Below are positions 9,884 through 19,811 of a stretch of 36,410 bases of DNA, in pieces. A program made the position numbers and the translations under genes. Position 1 is the stretch's first letter. Each line of letters starts with the position of its first letter. The stretch comes from Microcystaceae cyanobacterium (GTDB lineage Bacteria; Cyanobacteriota; Cyanobacteriia; Cyanobacteriales; Microcystaceae): positions 1 through 36,410 of the forward strand of contig JBGTGT010000091.1 in NCBI GenBank assembly GCA_041746575.1, read 5' to 3'. Below the pieces are notes generated by a model. That model saw nothing but the letters and a program-made list of their open reading frames with translations, had not been told where the DNA came from and made no database searches.

Positions 9884-9910
9884 CTAGAGACATTTTCGGA
9901 ACATCCCTAC
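9884..9910. repeat. REP-like GTAG palindrome (copy 1)
   Basis: Reverse complement GTAGGGATGTTCCGAAAATGTCTCTAG, similar to the copy at 36237-36264; lies just after a gene end. Confidence 0.6.
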
Positions 9911-9968
9911 AGCTATAAAATTCCACATTTGAATGAAGACATTTTTTTATTGAATTAAAGATAATCGG

Positions 9969-10471
9969 TTAATGGCATCCTTTAAAAATTAAGGTGTGAA
10001 CTCAATCGTTTTTACAGGTGAAATCGGTTTGTACTACTTCATATTTACCTTGACCACGCGAGTTAATCAGAAAATCTCCGAGACTTCTTTATTTAATTTT
10101 TTTGTGCAGGGGGTTTGGGGGGCTAGTCCCCCAATCAAGAATTTGTTTTTTCCTAATCCCAATTAGAATGAACAAAAGGATTGAGATAATTGCCCTCATC
10201 GAACTCACGTTTGACTCGTGATTATGAGTTGTCCATCTTAAACAATAAGGATTTTAGGAATCCATTGCCGTTCTAACAGTGCGGCAGAGTCTACAAAAAA
10301 ATCCCTGATTTCTTCTTTACCTTTAATTCTTTTCGCTGAAATACGCTCTTGAAAAGCCAAACCATACCAGTCGATATCATCGGTAAAATAATCCAGAAAA
10401 CGCTCGACATCAACCTAATTAATGGCTGAATAAAGCTGTTTAGCAACGGTAATATAAGGATGTTCACTCAT
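9969..10471 (-). pseudogene. SnoaL/NTF2-like family protein pseudogene interrupted by a MITE
   Basis: Manual translation from ATG 10471: MSEHPYITVAKQLYSAIN*VDVERFLDYFTDDIDWYG...KGKEEIRDFF...LIV*DGQLIITSQ; after removing the MITE and one target copy it continues in frame GKYEVVQTDFTCKND*VHTLIFKG. Each stop is one transition from Gln or Trp. Missing from the ORF track. Confidence 0.72.
10055..10211. mobile_element. 157-bp MITE with imperfect terminal inverted repeats and TGAC target-site duplication
   Basis: Left end CACGCGAGTT versus right end AACTCACGTT (reverse complement AACGTGAGTT, 8/10 match); TGAC at 10051-10054 and 10212-10215; internal GGGGG-CTAGT-CCCCC-type hairpin; removal restores the host reading frame. 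Confidence 0.75.
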
Positions 10472-10510
10472 TATTTTTTAGTTAGAAAACTAAAGCACGT
10501 CGCTAGTAGA

Positions 10511-11014
10511 TCAGATTAAGGAATCGGCGGTGTAATCCCCAGACTTTCCCCCCTTTTTACTTAACAAATGAATCCCTTCAATAATCATGGATTTTTCTAA
10601 CGCCTTAGCCATATCATACAGGGTCAAAGCCGCCACCGAAACTGCCGTTAACGCTTCCATTTCTACTCCCGTTTCCCCTTTGGTTTTGACAGTGGCTTGA
10701 ATGTGATAGCTTGATGAATCTGAGTCGGGGGTAATGACGACTTCAATTTTATGCAAAGGGAGAGGATGACACAAGGGAATGAGTTGAGCCGTTTGCTTAG
10801 CGGCCATAATTCCCGCCAGTCTTGCTGTGCCTAAGACATTCCCCTTAGGTGTATTTCCGGCTTCAATGGCTTTAAACGTAGTTTGAGACATTCTCACCCG
10901 ACCAGCCGCAATAGCCTCCCGAATACTCGCTCTCTTATCCGAAACGTCCACCATTTGCGCTTCCCCTTTCGTATTGAGATGGGATAAAGCGGACGTAAAA
11001 TTATTTTCTTGCAT
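10511..11014 (-). CDS. moaC: Cyclic pyranopterin monophosphate synthase
   Basis: [29 protein letters not shown] and YDMAKA motifs. Confidence 0.96.
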   Translation of the reverse strand: MQENNFTSALSHLNTKGEAQMVDVSDKRASIREAIAAGRVRMSQTTFKAIEAGNTPKGNVLGTARLAGIMAAKQTAQLIPLCHPLPLHKIEVVITPDSDSSSYHIQATVKTKGETGVEMEALTAVSVAALTLYDMAKALEKSMIIEGIHLLSKKGGKSGDYTADSLI

Positions 11015-11059
11015 AAGACTGAATCAGTGTGATACGATAGTTAACTGTTGACAAAACAA

Positions 11060-11133
11060 GGGCTTGTAGCTTAGTGGATTAGAGCGTGTGGCTACGGACC
11101 ACAAGGTCGGGGGTTCGAGTCCCTCCAAGCCCG
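11060..11133 (+). tRNA. trnR-ACG: tRNA-Arg (anticodon ACG)
   Basis: Acceptor stem GGGCTTG/CAAGCCC, D-loop AGTGGATTA, anticodon arm TGTGG-CTACGGA-CCACA, T-arm GGGGG-TTCGAGT-CCCTC; CCA not encoded. Confidence 0.96.
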
Positions 11134-11173
11134 TTAAATTTTAAACCTCACTCCACGAACGTTAACAATAATA

Positions 11174-11213
11174 ACCCAAATTTCCTGAACCACATTTTAT
11201 TCAGAATTTGGGT
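11174..11213 (+). terminator. Hairpin downstream of tRNA-Arg, possible terminator
   Basis: ACCCAAATT(TC)CTGAA / TTCAGAATTTGGGT inverted repeat; the U tract is weak. Confidence 0.4.
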
Positions 11214-11339
11214 CAATCTTAGTTTTTTGGGAAACAAAGATAATTGCCGTTGCCTAAAAATCCTCCTTTAGGCTGATTGACATTAATTTGAGGTTAAAAA
11301 AATAATAGGTCACGCTGAATGGTTTTTGGGGAAAGGCTC

Positions 11340-12983
11340 ATGTTATATCGCTTATTGTTTGCCATCTCGCTGATTTTAACCCTTATTTTGAGCCAAATTT
11401 TACCGCTAAAGGCGAAAGAACCAACTGCACCCCTCTTTTCAAACTTAGGGGATTTCAGCCATAAAATTTCTAGTCAAAACACCCTAGCCCAGACTTACTT
11501 TAACCAAGGAATGATTCTGGCTTATGGCTTCAACCACGCAGAGGCCGCCCGTTCTTTTGCAGAAGCAGCCCGACAAGATCCTCAGTGTGCGATCTGCTAT
11601 TGGGGACTCGCTTGGGTATTAGGACCAAATATTAATGCACCGATGAATGAGCAAGCCAATGATGAAGCATGGAATGCCCTAGAAATAGCCCAACAATTGA
11701 GTCAAAAAGCGTCTGAAACCGAAAAAGCATATATAAAAGCACTATCTGCAAGATATGCGCAAAATCCTCCTAAAGATCGCCACCCCTTGGATTTAGTCTA
11801 TGCCGAGGCAATGCAACAGGTTGCTCAAACCTATCCAGAAGATTTGGATGCAGTGACGATTTATGCCGAAGCGTTGATGGACACCACGCCTTGGGATTAT
11901 TGGCAAGAAGATGGCACAGCCAAGCCCGAAGGAGAAGTGATTATGAAGACCTTAGAATCGGTCTTAGCCAACAGTCCAAAGCATCCGGGAGCAAATCACC
12001 TTTATATTCACGCAGTTGAAAAAGAAAAGCCCGAACTCGCCATAAAATCTGCCGATACCTTACGGGATTTAGTCCCCAACGCTGGGCATTTGCAACATAT
12101 GCCCTCCCATATTTACATCCGTGTTGGTCGCTATGGGGATGCGAATCAAGCTAATCAAAAAGCGATCGCTGCTGATAGTGATTATATTACTCAATGTCAT
12201 GCACAAGGGCTATATCCTCTCGTTTATATGCCTCATAATCATCATTTTCTCTGGTTTGGGGCTTTAATGGCAGGACAAAGCCAAGTCGCCTTAACTGCCG
12301 CCCAAAAAACGGCGCAAGTGAATCCTGATTTAATTCGAGAACCAGAATTAGCGGGAATTTTACAACATTTTTCGGTGATTCCCCTTTATACTCAAGTTCG
12401 CTTTAGTCAATGGACGAATATTCTCGATGCTCCTGCCCCAGAAGCCGACTTAATTTACCCGATGGGAGTATGGCATTATGCCAGAGGAATGGCTTTTGCC
12501 AATTTAGGGAAAATCAGAGAAGCTCAAGCAGAATTAGCAGAATTAAACAAGATAGCGACAAATCCTGCTTTAAAAGACCTCAGTATTCTGGGAACTAATA
12601 CTACCGCTTCCGTTTTAGCCATTGCGACTGAAGTGTTACCAGCAGAAATCGCCTATCGACAGGGGGAGTATAGACAAGCGATCGCCCATTTAGAAACAGC
12701 CGTTAAAATCGAAGATAGTTTAGTCTATACTGAACCGGCAGACTGGTATCATCCTACACGACAGATGTTAGGAAAGACATACCTCAAAACAAGTCAATTT
12801 TCCCAAGCAGAGGCCGCTTATCGTCAAGATTTAGCGATTTATCCCGATAACGGATGGTCACTCTATGGTTTATGGCAGAGTTTATTCGCCCAAGGAAACG
12901 TTAATGAAGCGATGCAAGTGAAACAAAAATTTGATAAGGCTTGGCAAAATGCAGATATTCAGGCATCTTTGACAATGAACTAA
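11340..12983 (+). CDS. Exported TPR-repeat protein with His-rich motifs, function unknown
   Basis: Signal-peptide-like N-terminus (AKE after LPLK); TPR helices; YGFNHAEA, HPGANHLYIH, GHLQHMPSHIY, YMPHNHHF. Start set to the ATG at 11340 behind GGAAAGG. Confidence 0.8.
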   Translation: MLYRLLFAISLILTLILSQILPLKAKEPTAPLFSNLGDFSHKISSQNTLAQTYFNQGMILAYGFNHAEAARSFAEAARQDPQCAICYWGLAWVLGPNINAPMNEQANDEAWNALEIAQQLSQKASETEKAYIKALSARYAQNPPKDRHPLDLVYAEAMQQVAQTYPEDLDAVTIYAEALMDTTPWDYWQEDGTAKPEGEVIMKTLESVLANSPKHPGANHLYIHAVEKEKPELAIKSADTLRDLVPNAGHLQHMPSHIYIRVGRYGDANQANQKAIAADSDYITQCHAQGLYPLVYMPHNHHFLWFGALMAGQSQVALTAAQKTAQVNPDLIREPELAGILQHFSVIPLYTQVRFSQWTNILDAPAPEADLIYPMGVWHYARGMAFANLGKIREAQAELAELNKIATNPALKDLSILGTNTTASVLAIATEVLPAEIAYRQGEYRQAIAHLETAVKIEDSLVYTEPADWYHPTRQMLGKTYLKTSQFSQAEAAYRQDLAIYPDNGWSLYGLWQSLFAQGNVNEAMQVKQKFDKAWQNADIQASLTMN

Positions 12984-12987
12984 TATT

Positions 12988-14421
12988 CTATAATTCCGTC
13001 ATCACCGCCTGATTGCGCCCTTGCCTTTTCGCTTGAAACAGGGCAGTGTCTGCCGCTTCAATGAATTGATGATGGGTGAGCGATGATCGAGGAATCACCG
13101 TTGCTATGCCTAAGCTCATGGTAATATAGGGTTCAACCGGAGAACTTTTGTGGAGAATTTCTAAGAATTTTAGCTGGTTAAGAATTAATTCGGCTATTTT
13201 GTTTGCCCCTGCGACGGGCGTATTGGGCAATAAGATGGCAAATTCTTCTCCACCCCACCGCGCGACTAAATCAGCCGGTCGATTCACTTGAGTGGTAATG
13301 GCATTGGCAACTGCTTTTAGGCAATTATCCCCTTTAATATGACCATAAGTGTCATTATACCGTTTAAAATAATCTATATCTCCCAAAATAAGCGATAAAG
13401 GCTGTTTTTCTCTAAACATACTTTTCCATTGTTGTTTAAAATAGCGATTAAAACTACGACGATTCGCAATTTCAGTTAAACCATCTAAATTCGCCAAACG
13501 ATATAGCTTTTCGTTGAGTTCCTGCAATTCATAGTTAACCCGCTTTAAAGCCGCTTCATAGCGTTGTTTATCCTGCTCTGCTTTAATTCGCTCTGATATA
13601 TCAGTTTGCACCCAAATATAATAATCTAGATCTCCCTCATCATTACGAACAGGAGACAAAGAGATTTCATTCCAGAATAATGAACCATCTTTACGATAAT
13701 TTCTCACCGTAACACAACACGATTCTCCCTGCTGAAGCGTTTGGTAAATTTCTTGAATTCCCGCTTGATTTTTATCTGTTTCTAACAATAAACTAAAATT
13801 ATTTTCTAAAACATCTGCGGCTTCGTATCCTGTCATGCGCTGGAAACCCTCGTTGGCATAAATAATTGGATTTTCGGCTTGACTTGCATCAGTAATCATA
13901 ATGCCATTAAGCGTTGCAGAAACCGCTTTTTGTAATAGATAATTGCTAATTTGAGGATGACGATAAAATTGTTGAGCATTTTCTTGTAAATAGAGTCTTT
14001 TCTTTAATTTTTCATTTTGAAGCGTCAATTCGTTTTGCAAAAAATTAAAGCGAAGTAAATTATTAGCCTTAGCAATGACTTCTTCAGCGTAATAAGGTTT
14101 CGATAGGTAATCAGAACAGCCTAGTTGGAATGCTTTGATTTTATCGTGAATATGAGCAAATCCACTCAAGAAGATGATAGGAATGTTAGCTGTACTAGAT
14201 TGACTTTTAAGCTGTCTACAGATTTTATAACCATCCTGATAGGGAATATCAATATCTAAGAAGATTAAGTCTGGTGTTAAGGTTTTAACGGCAATTAAAG
14301 CCATTTCTCCATCAATCGCTTGACGAGTTTGATGACCCTGACTACTCAAAATTTTCGTTAGAAATCGTAAATTATCAATTTGGTCTTCGACAATTAAGAT
14401 GTCTCCTGTGATTGAATTCAT
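12988..14421 (-). CDS. Diguanylate cyclase: REC - LOV-like PAS/PAC - coiled coil - GGDEF
   Basis: Receiver (ILIVED, LIFLD, KP); PAS with NPIIYAN..F..MTGY, NYRKDG, FWNE, QTD; DGLT, DIDYFK.YND.YGH, RPAD I-site, GGEEF. AAGGAG RBS upstream. Confidence 0.92.
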   Translation of the reverse strand: MNSITGDILIVEDQIDNLRFLTKILSSQGHQTRQAIDGEMALIAVKTLTPDLIFLDIDIPYQDGYKICRQLKSQSSTANIPIIFLSGFAHIHDKIKAFQLGCSDYLSKPYYAEEVIAKANNLLRFNFLQNELTLQNEKLKKRLYLQENAQQFYRHPQISNYLLQKAVSATLNGIMITDASQAENPIIYANEGFQRMTGYEAADVLENNFSLLLETDKNQAGIQEIYQTLQQGESCCVTVRNYRKDGSLFWNEISLSPVRNDEGDLDYYIWVQTDISERIKAEQDKQRYEAALKRVNYELQELNEKLYRLANLDGLTEIANRRSFNRYFKQQWKSMFREKQPLSLILGDIDYFKRYNDTYGHIKGDNCLKAVANAITTQVNRPADLVARWGGEEFAILLPNTPVAGANKIAELILNQLKFLEILHKSSPVEPYITMSLGIATVIPRSSLTHHQFIEAADTALFQAKRQGRNQAVMTEL

Positions 14422-14431
14422 TTTTTCTCCT

Positions 14432-16255
14432 TTAATTTTCTTCTTTTTCGAGTTGCGTTATTTTTCTAATTTTACGAAAATTAAAATGATATATTAAATA
14501 TTTTAGCTGATCAATTAACTCTGTTTGTTCGCTAGGAATTTGTTGAATAAGCTCCGTGAGTTTATTACTATGACCTGCACTAGCCGCCTGATAAACTGAG
14601 ACTTTCCAACTATCAGATAGATTCGCTAAATCAGCCGAGGTTAACGTTATTTTTGTCTCTCCCGCCCAGTGATGTCTGAGCAAATTTTCTTCAGGTAAAG
14701 CATAGCGATATTGAACATGAAGATGGGTGGCAATTTTAGCTAATAAAATCTCTAAATCAAAAGGTTTTCGTAAAATATCATGGCAGTTATTTAATAAAAG
14801 ATTGGTTTGAGGCGTGTCCAGTTTACCTGAAACAACGGCAATAATAATCGTAGAATGGGATTGGATTTCATTATTAATTTGTTCAATCGCTTGATAGCCG
14901 TCCATCTTGGGCATTCGAGTATCCATAAAAATCAAATTGGGTTGCCATTCATGCCAAAGAGTAATCGCATCTTCTCCATTAGTTGCTTCTTGTATTTGGA
15001 ATCCTAATGGCGTTAACAACCGTTTTAATAATTGACGATTTTCTACTTTATCATCCACAATTAAAAGGCGATAGTCTGGTTGATGAGCGGCTAAACCAAC
15101 CACTGCTAAATGAGGCGAGGCGAGGGGAATTTCGGTAGTTTCAGGAATATTGACCTCAACTTTTCCCTGAAATAAAGTACCTTGTCCAACAATACTATTT
15201 ACTTGAAGATATCCCCCCATTAATTGGATGAGTTGCTGACAAATAAATAACCCCAATCCACTGCCTTTAACCATTCCTGAAGCAAAATTTCCCCGCTGAA
15301 AGGGTTCAAAAATTTGACTTAATTTCTCAGTCTCCATTCCCATTCCTGTATCTTCTACTTCAAAAAACAAGGCATAAGCATCGTCTACGGAAAAAAGTCC
15401 CTCCTCTTCTACACTCCAAAGAGAGTCACTGCCCGCAATTCTGAGGGTGACACAACCTATTTCTGTAAATTTGATCGCATTTTCTAGCAAATTAACGAGA
15501 ATTTGCTGTAATTTATTCCTGTCTGCTTTAATATATTGGGGAACGTCGGGTTCAATAGACGATTGGAGTCGAAGGCCTTTTCCTTGTGCTTTTACCTGTA
15601 ACATTTCCAATATGTCTTGTATCAAACATCGTATATTAAAGCAAGTTAACTTCAAACTGGCTTTTCCGGCTTGAATAGACGATATTTCTAAAATTTCATC
15701 AAATAATGTCATCAGATATTGATTTGTTCGGGCAATAACCGCTAAATCCCCCTGCTGTTGGGGCGTTAAACAACCGTCTTGTTGCAAAAGTTGACTATAA
15801 CCTTGAATAACACTAAGAGGGGTGCGTAATTCATGGCTGATATGACTCAGTAAATCACTTTTAGCTTGATTTGAAGATTGGAGTGCTGTAATCTGTGAAT
15901 TGACTTGATTTTCCGACTCAAACTTAGACTGTTCTAGTTCTAACTGCTGCCGCTTGACTACAGCTTCAAGACGCTGTTTTTCTTTTTGAGAGTAACAAAA
16001 ACGATAACCCCAAAAAAACGATAATCCTAAACCAGTACAGCCCAACGTGAGGGGAATCCAAGCATTGTTAAGATATTTAGACGATTTAGCACGATTATAC
16101 ACAATTAAGCTTGGTTCGTCTATTGCGCTCCCACCGGTAGCAGGTAAGGCGAAAAAAAGTCCTCCTAGCATTACCATGCCAGACAACAACCGAAAAAGCT
16201 CAAGGTTGCCTAACCGGCGATGGGAAATCGGTTTATGGTCAAACACCTGAGACAA
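14432..16255 (-). CDS. Membrane-bound hybrid histidine kinase (HisKA - HATPase - REC)
   Basis: Two hydrophobic segments, SHELRTPL H-box, [21 protein letters not shown], receiver LIVDD / IFMD / KPF. Start codon (TTG) uncertain. Confidence 0.9.
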   Translation of the reverse strand: MSQVFDHKPISHRRLGNLELFRLLSGMVMLGGLFFALPATGGSAIDEPSLIVYNRAKSSKYLNNAWIPLTLGCTGLGLSFFWGYRFCYSQKEKQRLEAVVKRQQLELEQSKFESENQVNSQITALQSSNQAKSDLLSHISHELRTPLSVIQGYSQLLQQDGCLTPQQQGDLAVIARTNQYLMTLFDEILEISSIQAGKASLKLTCFNIRCLIQDILEMLQVKAQGKGLRLQSSIEPDVPQYIKADRNKLQQILVNLLENAIKFTEIGCVTLRIAGSDSLWSVEEEGLFSVDDAYALFFEVEDTGMGMETEKLSQIFEPFQRGNFASGMVKGSGLGLFICQQLIQLMGGYLQVNSIVGQGTLFQGKVEVNIPETTEIPLASPHLAVVGLAAHQPDYRLLIVDDKVENRQLLKRLLTPLGFQIQEATNGEDAITLWHEWQPNLIFMDTRMPKMDGYQAIEQINNEIQSHSTIIIAVVSGKLDTPQTNLLLNNCHDILRKPFDLEILLAKIATHLHVQYRYALPEENLLRHHWAGETKITLTSADLANLSDSWKVSVYQAASAGHSNKLTELIQQIPSEQTELIDQLKYLIYHFNFRKIRKITQLEKEEN

Positions 16256-16478
16256 GTCAATAATTCCTCAAGAGTAATGAATCTTTCTTATTAAAGTTAA
16301 AAGATTCCCTTAGAATAGTGTAAAAAAAATAGAGAAAAATGACCTCTGTGAAATTCGGGATATTGTGTCAATTTTTAGTTTTCCCAAACCCACAGCAGAA
16401 ATTGATTTTAAGTGAATTCACTTATTTAAATTGATTGGCTATATTTATCTACAAAAAAAGTAAAAGATTTAGCTATTA

Positions 16479-17246
16479 TTAATCAATTAAAACGTCCTCT
16501 TGCCCTTCGATAGGTTCATGTTGCCATTCTAAATTGGGCATCGCTTCAAAGGCTTCACGAACATAAGCTTCCCATAATTTACGAATTTTAGCTAAATAAG
16601 GATCACCTAAACGTAATTGTAAGTTATTCTGAACCACAAAACTATCCGTTTCATACATAACTAAATTAATCGGTGGTCCTACGGAAATATTCGATTTCAT
16701 CGTCGAATCAATCGATAATAAAGCACATTTTGCCACCGCATTTAGAGGAGTATTATACGTAATTGTCCGATCTAAAATGGGTTTACCATATTTCGTTTCA
16801 CCGATTTGTAAAAAAGGGGTTTCTTGGGTGGCTTGAATAAAATTTCCTTGGGAATAAATGCGATACAATTGAGGGTCTTCCCCTTGTACTTGTCCCCCCA
16901 AAATGAAATTACAATGACGATCAATTTTATCTCGTTCCAACCATTCGCGATCGCGGTCTTGAATTTGCCGACTTTTTGAGCCAATATAACGGGCAATATC
17001 GTACATGCTGCTTAAATTATGCAGGTTAACCGTCACCTCATTGTGAATGTCTCGTTTTAATTCTGTAACAACCCCTTGCGTAATTGAAAGATTACCAGAA
17101 GAACATAATAAGATAACTCGATCTTTGACGACCGAAAAATCAAATAACTTGCGATAGACCGAAATATAATCAACCCCCGCATTGGTGCGAGAATCAGCCC
17201 CCATCACGATACCAAAGTGATTAATAATGCCTAGACAGTAAGTCAT
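16479..17246 (-). CDS. Anbu proteasome-type (Ntn-hydrolase) protease
   Basis: M-TYCLG start exposing Thr1, DSRTNAGVD, QIGETKYGKPILDR, DSTMKSNISVGPP; ATG at 17246. Confidence 0.9.
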   Translation of the reverse strand: MTYCLGIINHFGIVMGADSRTNAGVDYISVYRKLFDFSVVKDRVILLCSSGNLSITQGVVTELKRDIHNEVTVNLHNLSSMYDIARYIGSKSRQIQDRDREWLERDKIDRHCNFILGGQVQGEDPQLYRIYSQGNFIQATQETPFLQIGETKYGKPILDRTITYNTPLNAVAKCALLSIDSTMKSNISVGPPINLVMYETDSFVVQNNLQLRLGDPYLAKIRKLWEAYVREAFEAMPNLEWQHEPIEGQEDVLID

Positions 17247-17305
17247 ATGCCTCAAAGAACGGTTTTAAGGTAAAAATCCAAGACTTTCACCGATCACTGA
17301 TCATC

Positions 17306-19495
17306 TTACTCTTTCGCCAATTGTTGTGCAATCTCTGGGTTATAAATGCGTAAATAATTCCAGTAATTGCTAAAAACCGATTCAACATAACCTTTGGTTT
17401 CCTTATAGGGAATTTTTTCGACGAAAACGTCAGGATCTCTCTCATTGAAGCGTTGCATCCATTCTGTCACCTTGGCAGGTCCTGCATTATAACTAGCGAC
17501 CGCTAACATAGAATTATTAAGATATTCCTGATGGGTATGATCCAGATACCACGTCCCTAAATTGACATTATCATCCACTTTTGTTAAAGAGTAATTTTTT
17601 AAGCCAATTTGAGCGGCAACCCATTCCCCGGTTGCTGGCATCACCTGCATTAAGCCCAATGCCCCCACGGGAGAGCGAATTTCAGGTTCAAAACGAGATT
17701 CTTGACGAATTAAGGACGTTACTAGCAAGGGATTAAGCTTGCGTTGTTTTGACCAACGGAAAATAGGATCAGCATAAGGAAAAGGGAAGAGAGCGTGCCA
17801 ATAATCAGAAGTTTGCCGTAATTTTTGCCATTGTTCCTGATTTTCAGGTTCTTCCTTTTGTTTTAACTGCCAAACTAATCCCATTCCTTCTAAATTGCGG
17901 CCTTCTAATAAACGCAATAACCCTAAGGTAAATTGTTCATCTACCGTCAAATCATTTTTACCCCCGATTTCTGCGTTAAACAAGGTAATAGCATCTCCAT
18001 CTTCCCCTAATCGGTATAATTCCCGAAAGGTTTCCGAGCCACCGGCAGGATGAGGGCGTTCAGTCGGTAAGCTGACGTTGGGGGTAAATTCCTTAACGCT
18101 GTTAAAATCCCCCACATCCCAGTTCAACATAACGGCTGATCGCCACGCATAGTAAGATTCAGGATAAGTACCTAAAACGTGACGAAAAGCATTTTCCGCC
18201 TCTTTTTGCTTACCTAATTGTAATGCCCATTTACCCACCCAAAAAGCCGCTTTAGGAGCAATGGGACTATCGGGGTTTTGTACTGTAATGGGTTGCGCCC
18301 ATTCCCACGCTTTGACCAAATTTCCCGCATCCACGAAAATTTTAGCAGTTTTCCAACGATATTCCGCACTAGCATCGGATTGGGGGTATTTTTCCAGTAG
18401 GGTCTTTCTGAGTTGATTGGCGCGGGTTCTATCGCCTTTTTTCGCCAGTAAATCCGCTTTTTCCAATAGAGCATCGGGGGCTTGCTCAGGGAAATTTTGC
18501 ATGATTTGATCGAGATAGGCGATCGCTTGAGCCGTTCCCTTCGGCACTATTTTAGGATCGAGAGACAACCCAGCTAAACGCTTCAAAGCCGTTGCTGTTT
18601 CAGGATCATTAGGATAGTCTTTCACCATTTGTTGATAAATTTTGAAAGCCGCTTTCGGTTGATCACTCACCTGTAAGCTTCTAGCCCAACGATAGCGATT
18701 TTGGGGAGTTGCAGGGGCTTTTCCGTAGCTTTCCGCCGCTTTTTTGTATAACGTGACATCCCAATAGCCATCGGCGATCGCTTGCCAATCTTCGGGGCTT
18801 AACTCATTGGCATAATCTTTCCCTAAAACGGCTCTGACTTCGTTTGTTTTAGCGTTATTTTTCTCATATTTTGCCAAAAGTTTCAACAAATTTACTTGAT
18901 CGGGATTTTTTTCTAATCTTTCTCTGGCGATCTGGTGACTCCGGGGATGACTGGGAAAATCTTTAAGTGCTTGATCCCAGTATTCTGAGTCTTTTTGTCC
19001 CAATTTGTACAACGCTTCAACCCTTACAGGAGAATCGGGGTAATCTTCTAAGATTTTCTGCCATGTTTCTCTTGCTTTCGTTGGTTCGTTACTTAATTCA
19101 TACCCCCGACCTTGTTTAAGCAAGACATAAGGTGCCAGAAGGGGATATTCTTTCTCTAGATTTTCTAACTGCCTTAAAGCCGGTCCTCCTTCGTACTTTT
19201 CTAGTAAATCCGTGGCTAACAAATAACGGGCGCGACTGCGATCAAGAGATAAAGTCGGAGAATCAGCGATGGCTTTGAGTTTAGCATCTCGTTGTTCAGG
19301 GGCAAGCAATACCAAAGGAAGAACCTGAGAGGGTTTTATCGCTTGTTCTGCAAATAATTCTTCAATTCTCGTCTGATTTCGAGTTTCTAACCAATTTAAC
19401 AAGGAGGGCGTTAAAGCTGCCGTACCCATTAATAGTAAGACCGCAACCCCAGCCCCGGCCAATAATGACGGATTTTTTTTGATGTTGTTAAGCAT
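17306..19495 (-). CDS. Soluble lytic murein transglycosylase with TPR repeats
   Basis: N-terminal membrane anchor, TPR helices, SLT motifs IRQESRF, GALGLMQVMPAT, ASYNAGP, ETKGYV. Confidence 0.92.
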   Translation of the reverse strand: MLNNIKKNPSLLAGAGVAVLLLMGTAALTPSLLNWLETRNQTRIEELFAEQAIKPSQVLPLVLLAPEQRDAKLKAIADSPTLSLDRSRARYLLATDLLEKYEGGPALRQLENLEKEYPLLAPYVLLKQGRGYELSNEPTKARETWQKILEDYPDSPVRVEALYKLGQKDSEYWDQALKDFPSHPRSHQIARERLEKNPDQVNLLKLLAKYEKNNAKTNEVRAVLGKDYANELSPEDWQAIADGYWDVTLYKKAAESYGKAPATPQNRYRWARSLQVSDQPKAAFKIYQQMVKDYPNDPETATALKRLAGLSLDPKIVPKGTAQAIAYLDQIMQNFPEQAPDALLEKADLLAKKGDRTRANQLRKTLLEKYPQSDASAEYRWKTAKIFVDAGNLVKAWEWAQPITVQNPDSPIAPKAAFWVGKWALQLGKQKEAENAFRHVLGTYPESYYAWRSAVMLNWDVGDFNSVKEFTPNVSLPTERPHPAGGSETFRELYRLGEDGDAITLFNAEIGGKNDLTVDEQFTLGLLRLLEGRNLEGMGLVWQLKQKEEPENQEQWQKLRQTSDYWHALFPFPYADPIFRWSKQRKLNPLLVTSLIRQESRFEPEIRSPVGALGLMQVMPATGEWVAAQIGLKNYSLTKVDDNVNLGTWYLDHTHQEYLNNSMLAVASYNAGPAKVTEWMQRFNERDPDVFVEKIPYKETKGYVESVFSNYWNYLRIYNPEIAQQLAKE

Positions 19496-19754
19496 GCCAA
19501 CCCCGATACGATGACGATAGGATGCGATGTTTGTCTAACTTCACTTATAGACGGTCAAGGGATTTTAGACAATCTTGAGATCGATCCATTTTGACTGAAT
19601 AATCCCCTGTTAAGTTGCCATCATCATTCATCTTGGGGATCTTTCTAGACTTTTTCATTTTGACGCCTTTTCCCCTGCTTCAAATGCTTGACTCTGAAAA
19701 TCTGTGATCCGCCGTATTTTATCGTTATCTTAGACAAAAGGGAGATAATACAGT

Positions 19755-19781
19755 GAATCCCACGACCTAAGGCCATGGGAT
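19755..19781. terminator. Hairpin 30 nt downstream of metK (terminator or REP/IS-end-like palindrome)
   Basis: Minus strand ATCCCATGGCC-TTA-GGTCGTGGGAT; lacks a good U tract. Confidence 0.45.
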
Positions 19782-19811
19782 AACGCTTGAAACAATCAGA
19801 AGGTAGGCGTC

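Noticed and set aside
11091..11098. G37 in tRNA-Arg(ACG) with trmD in the same window
   Set aside because: G37 in this tRNA occurs in other bacteria, and the genes are about 11 kb apart; likely coincidence.
11086..11271. 61-aa ORF from the track
   Set aside because: Overlaps tRNA-Arg and its downstream hairpin; no protein-like features.
11110..16478. tRNA-Arg as integration site for a TPR/cyclase/kinase island
   Set aside because: No integrase and no duplicated tRNA 3' end found by eye; the TPR gene contains host HIP1 sites.
17287..17305. TCACCGA-TCACTGA-TCA heptamer repeat
   Set aside because: Only about two and a half units; too short to call a tandem-repeat locus.
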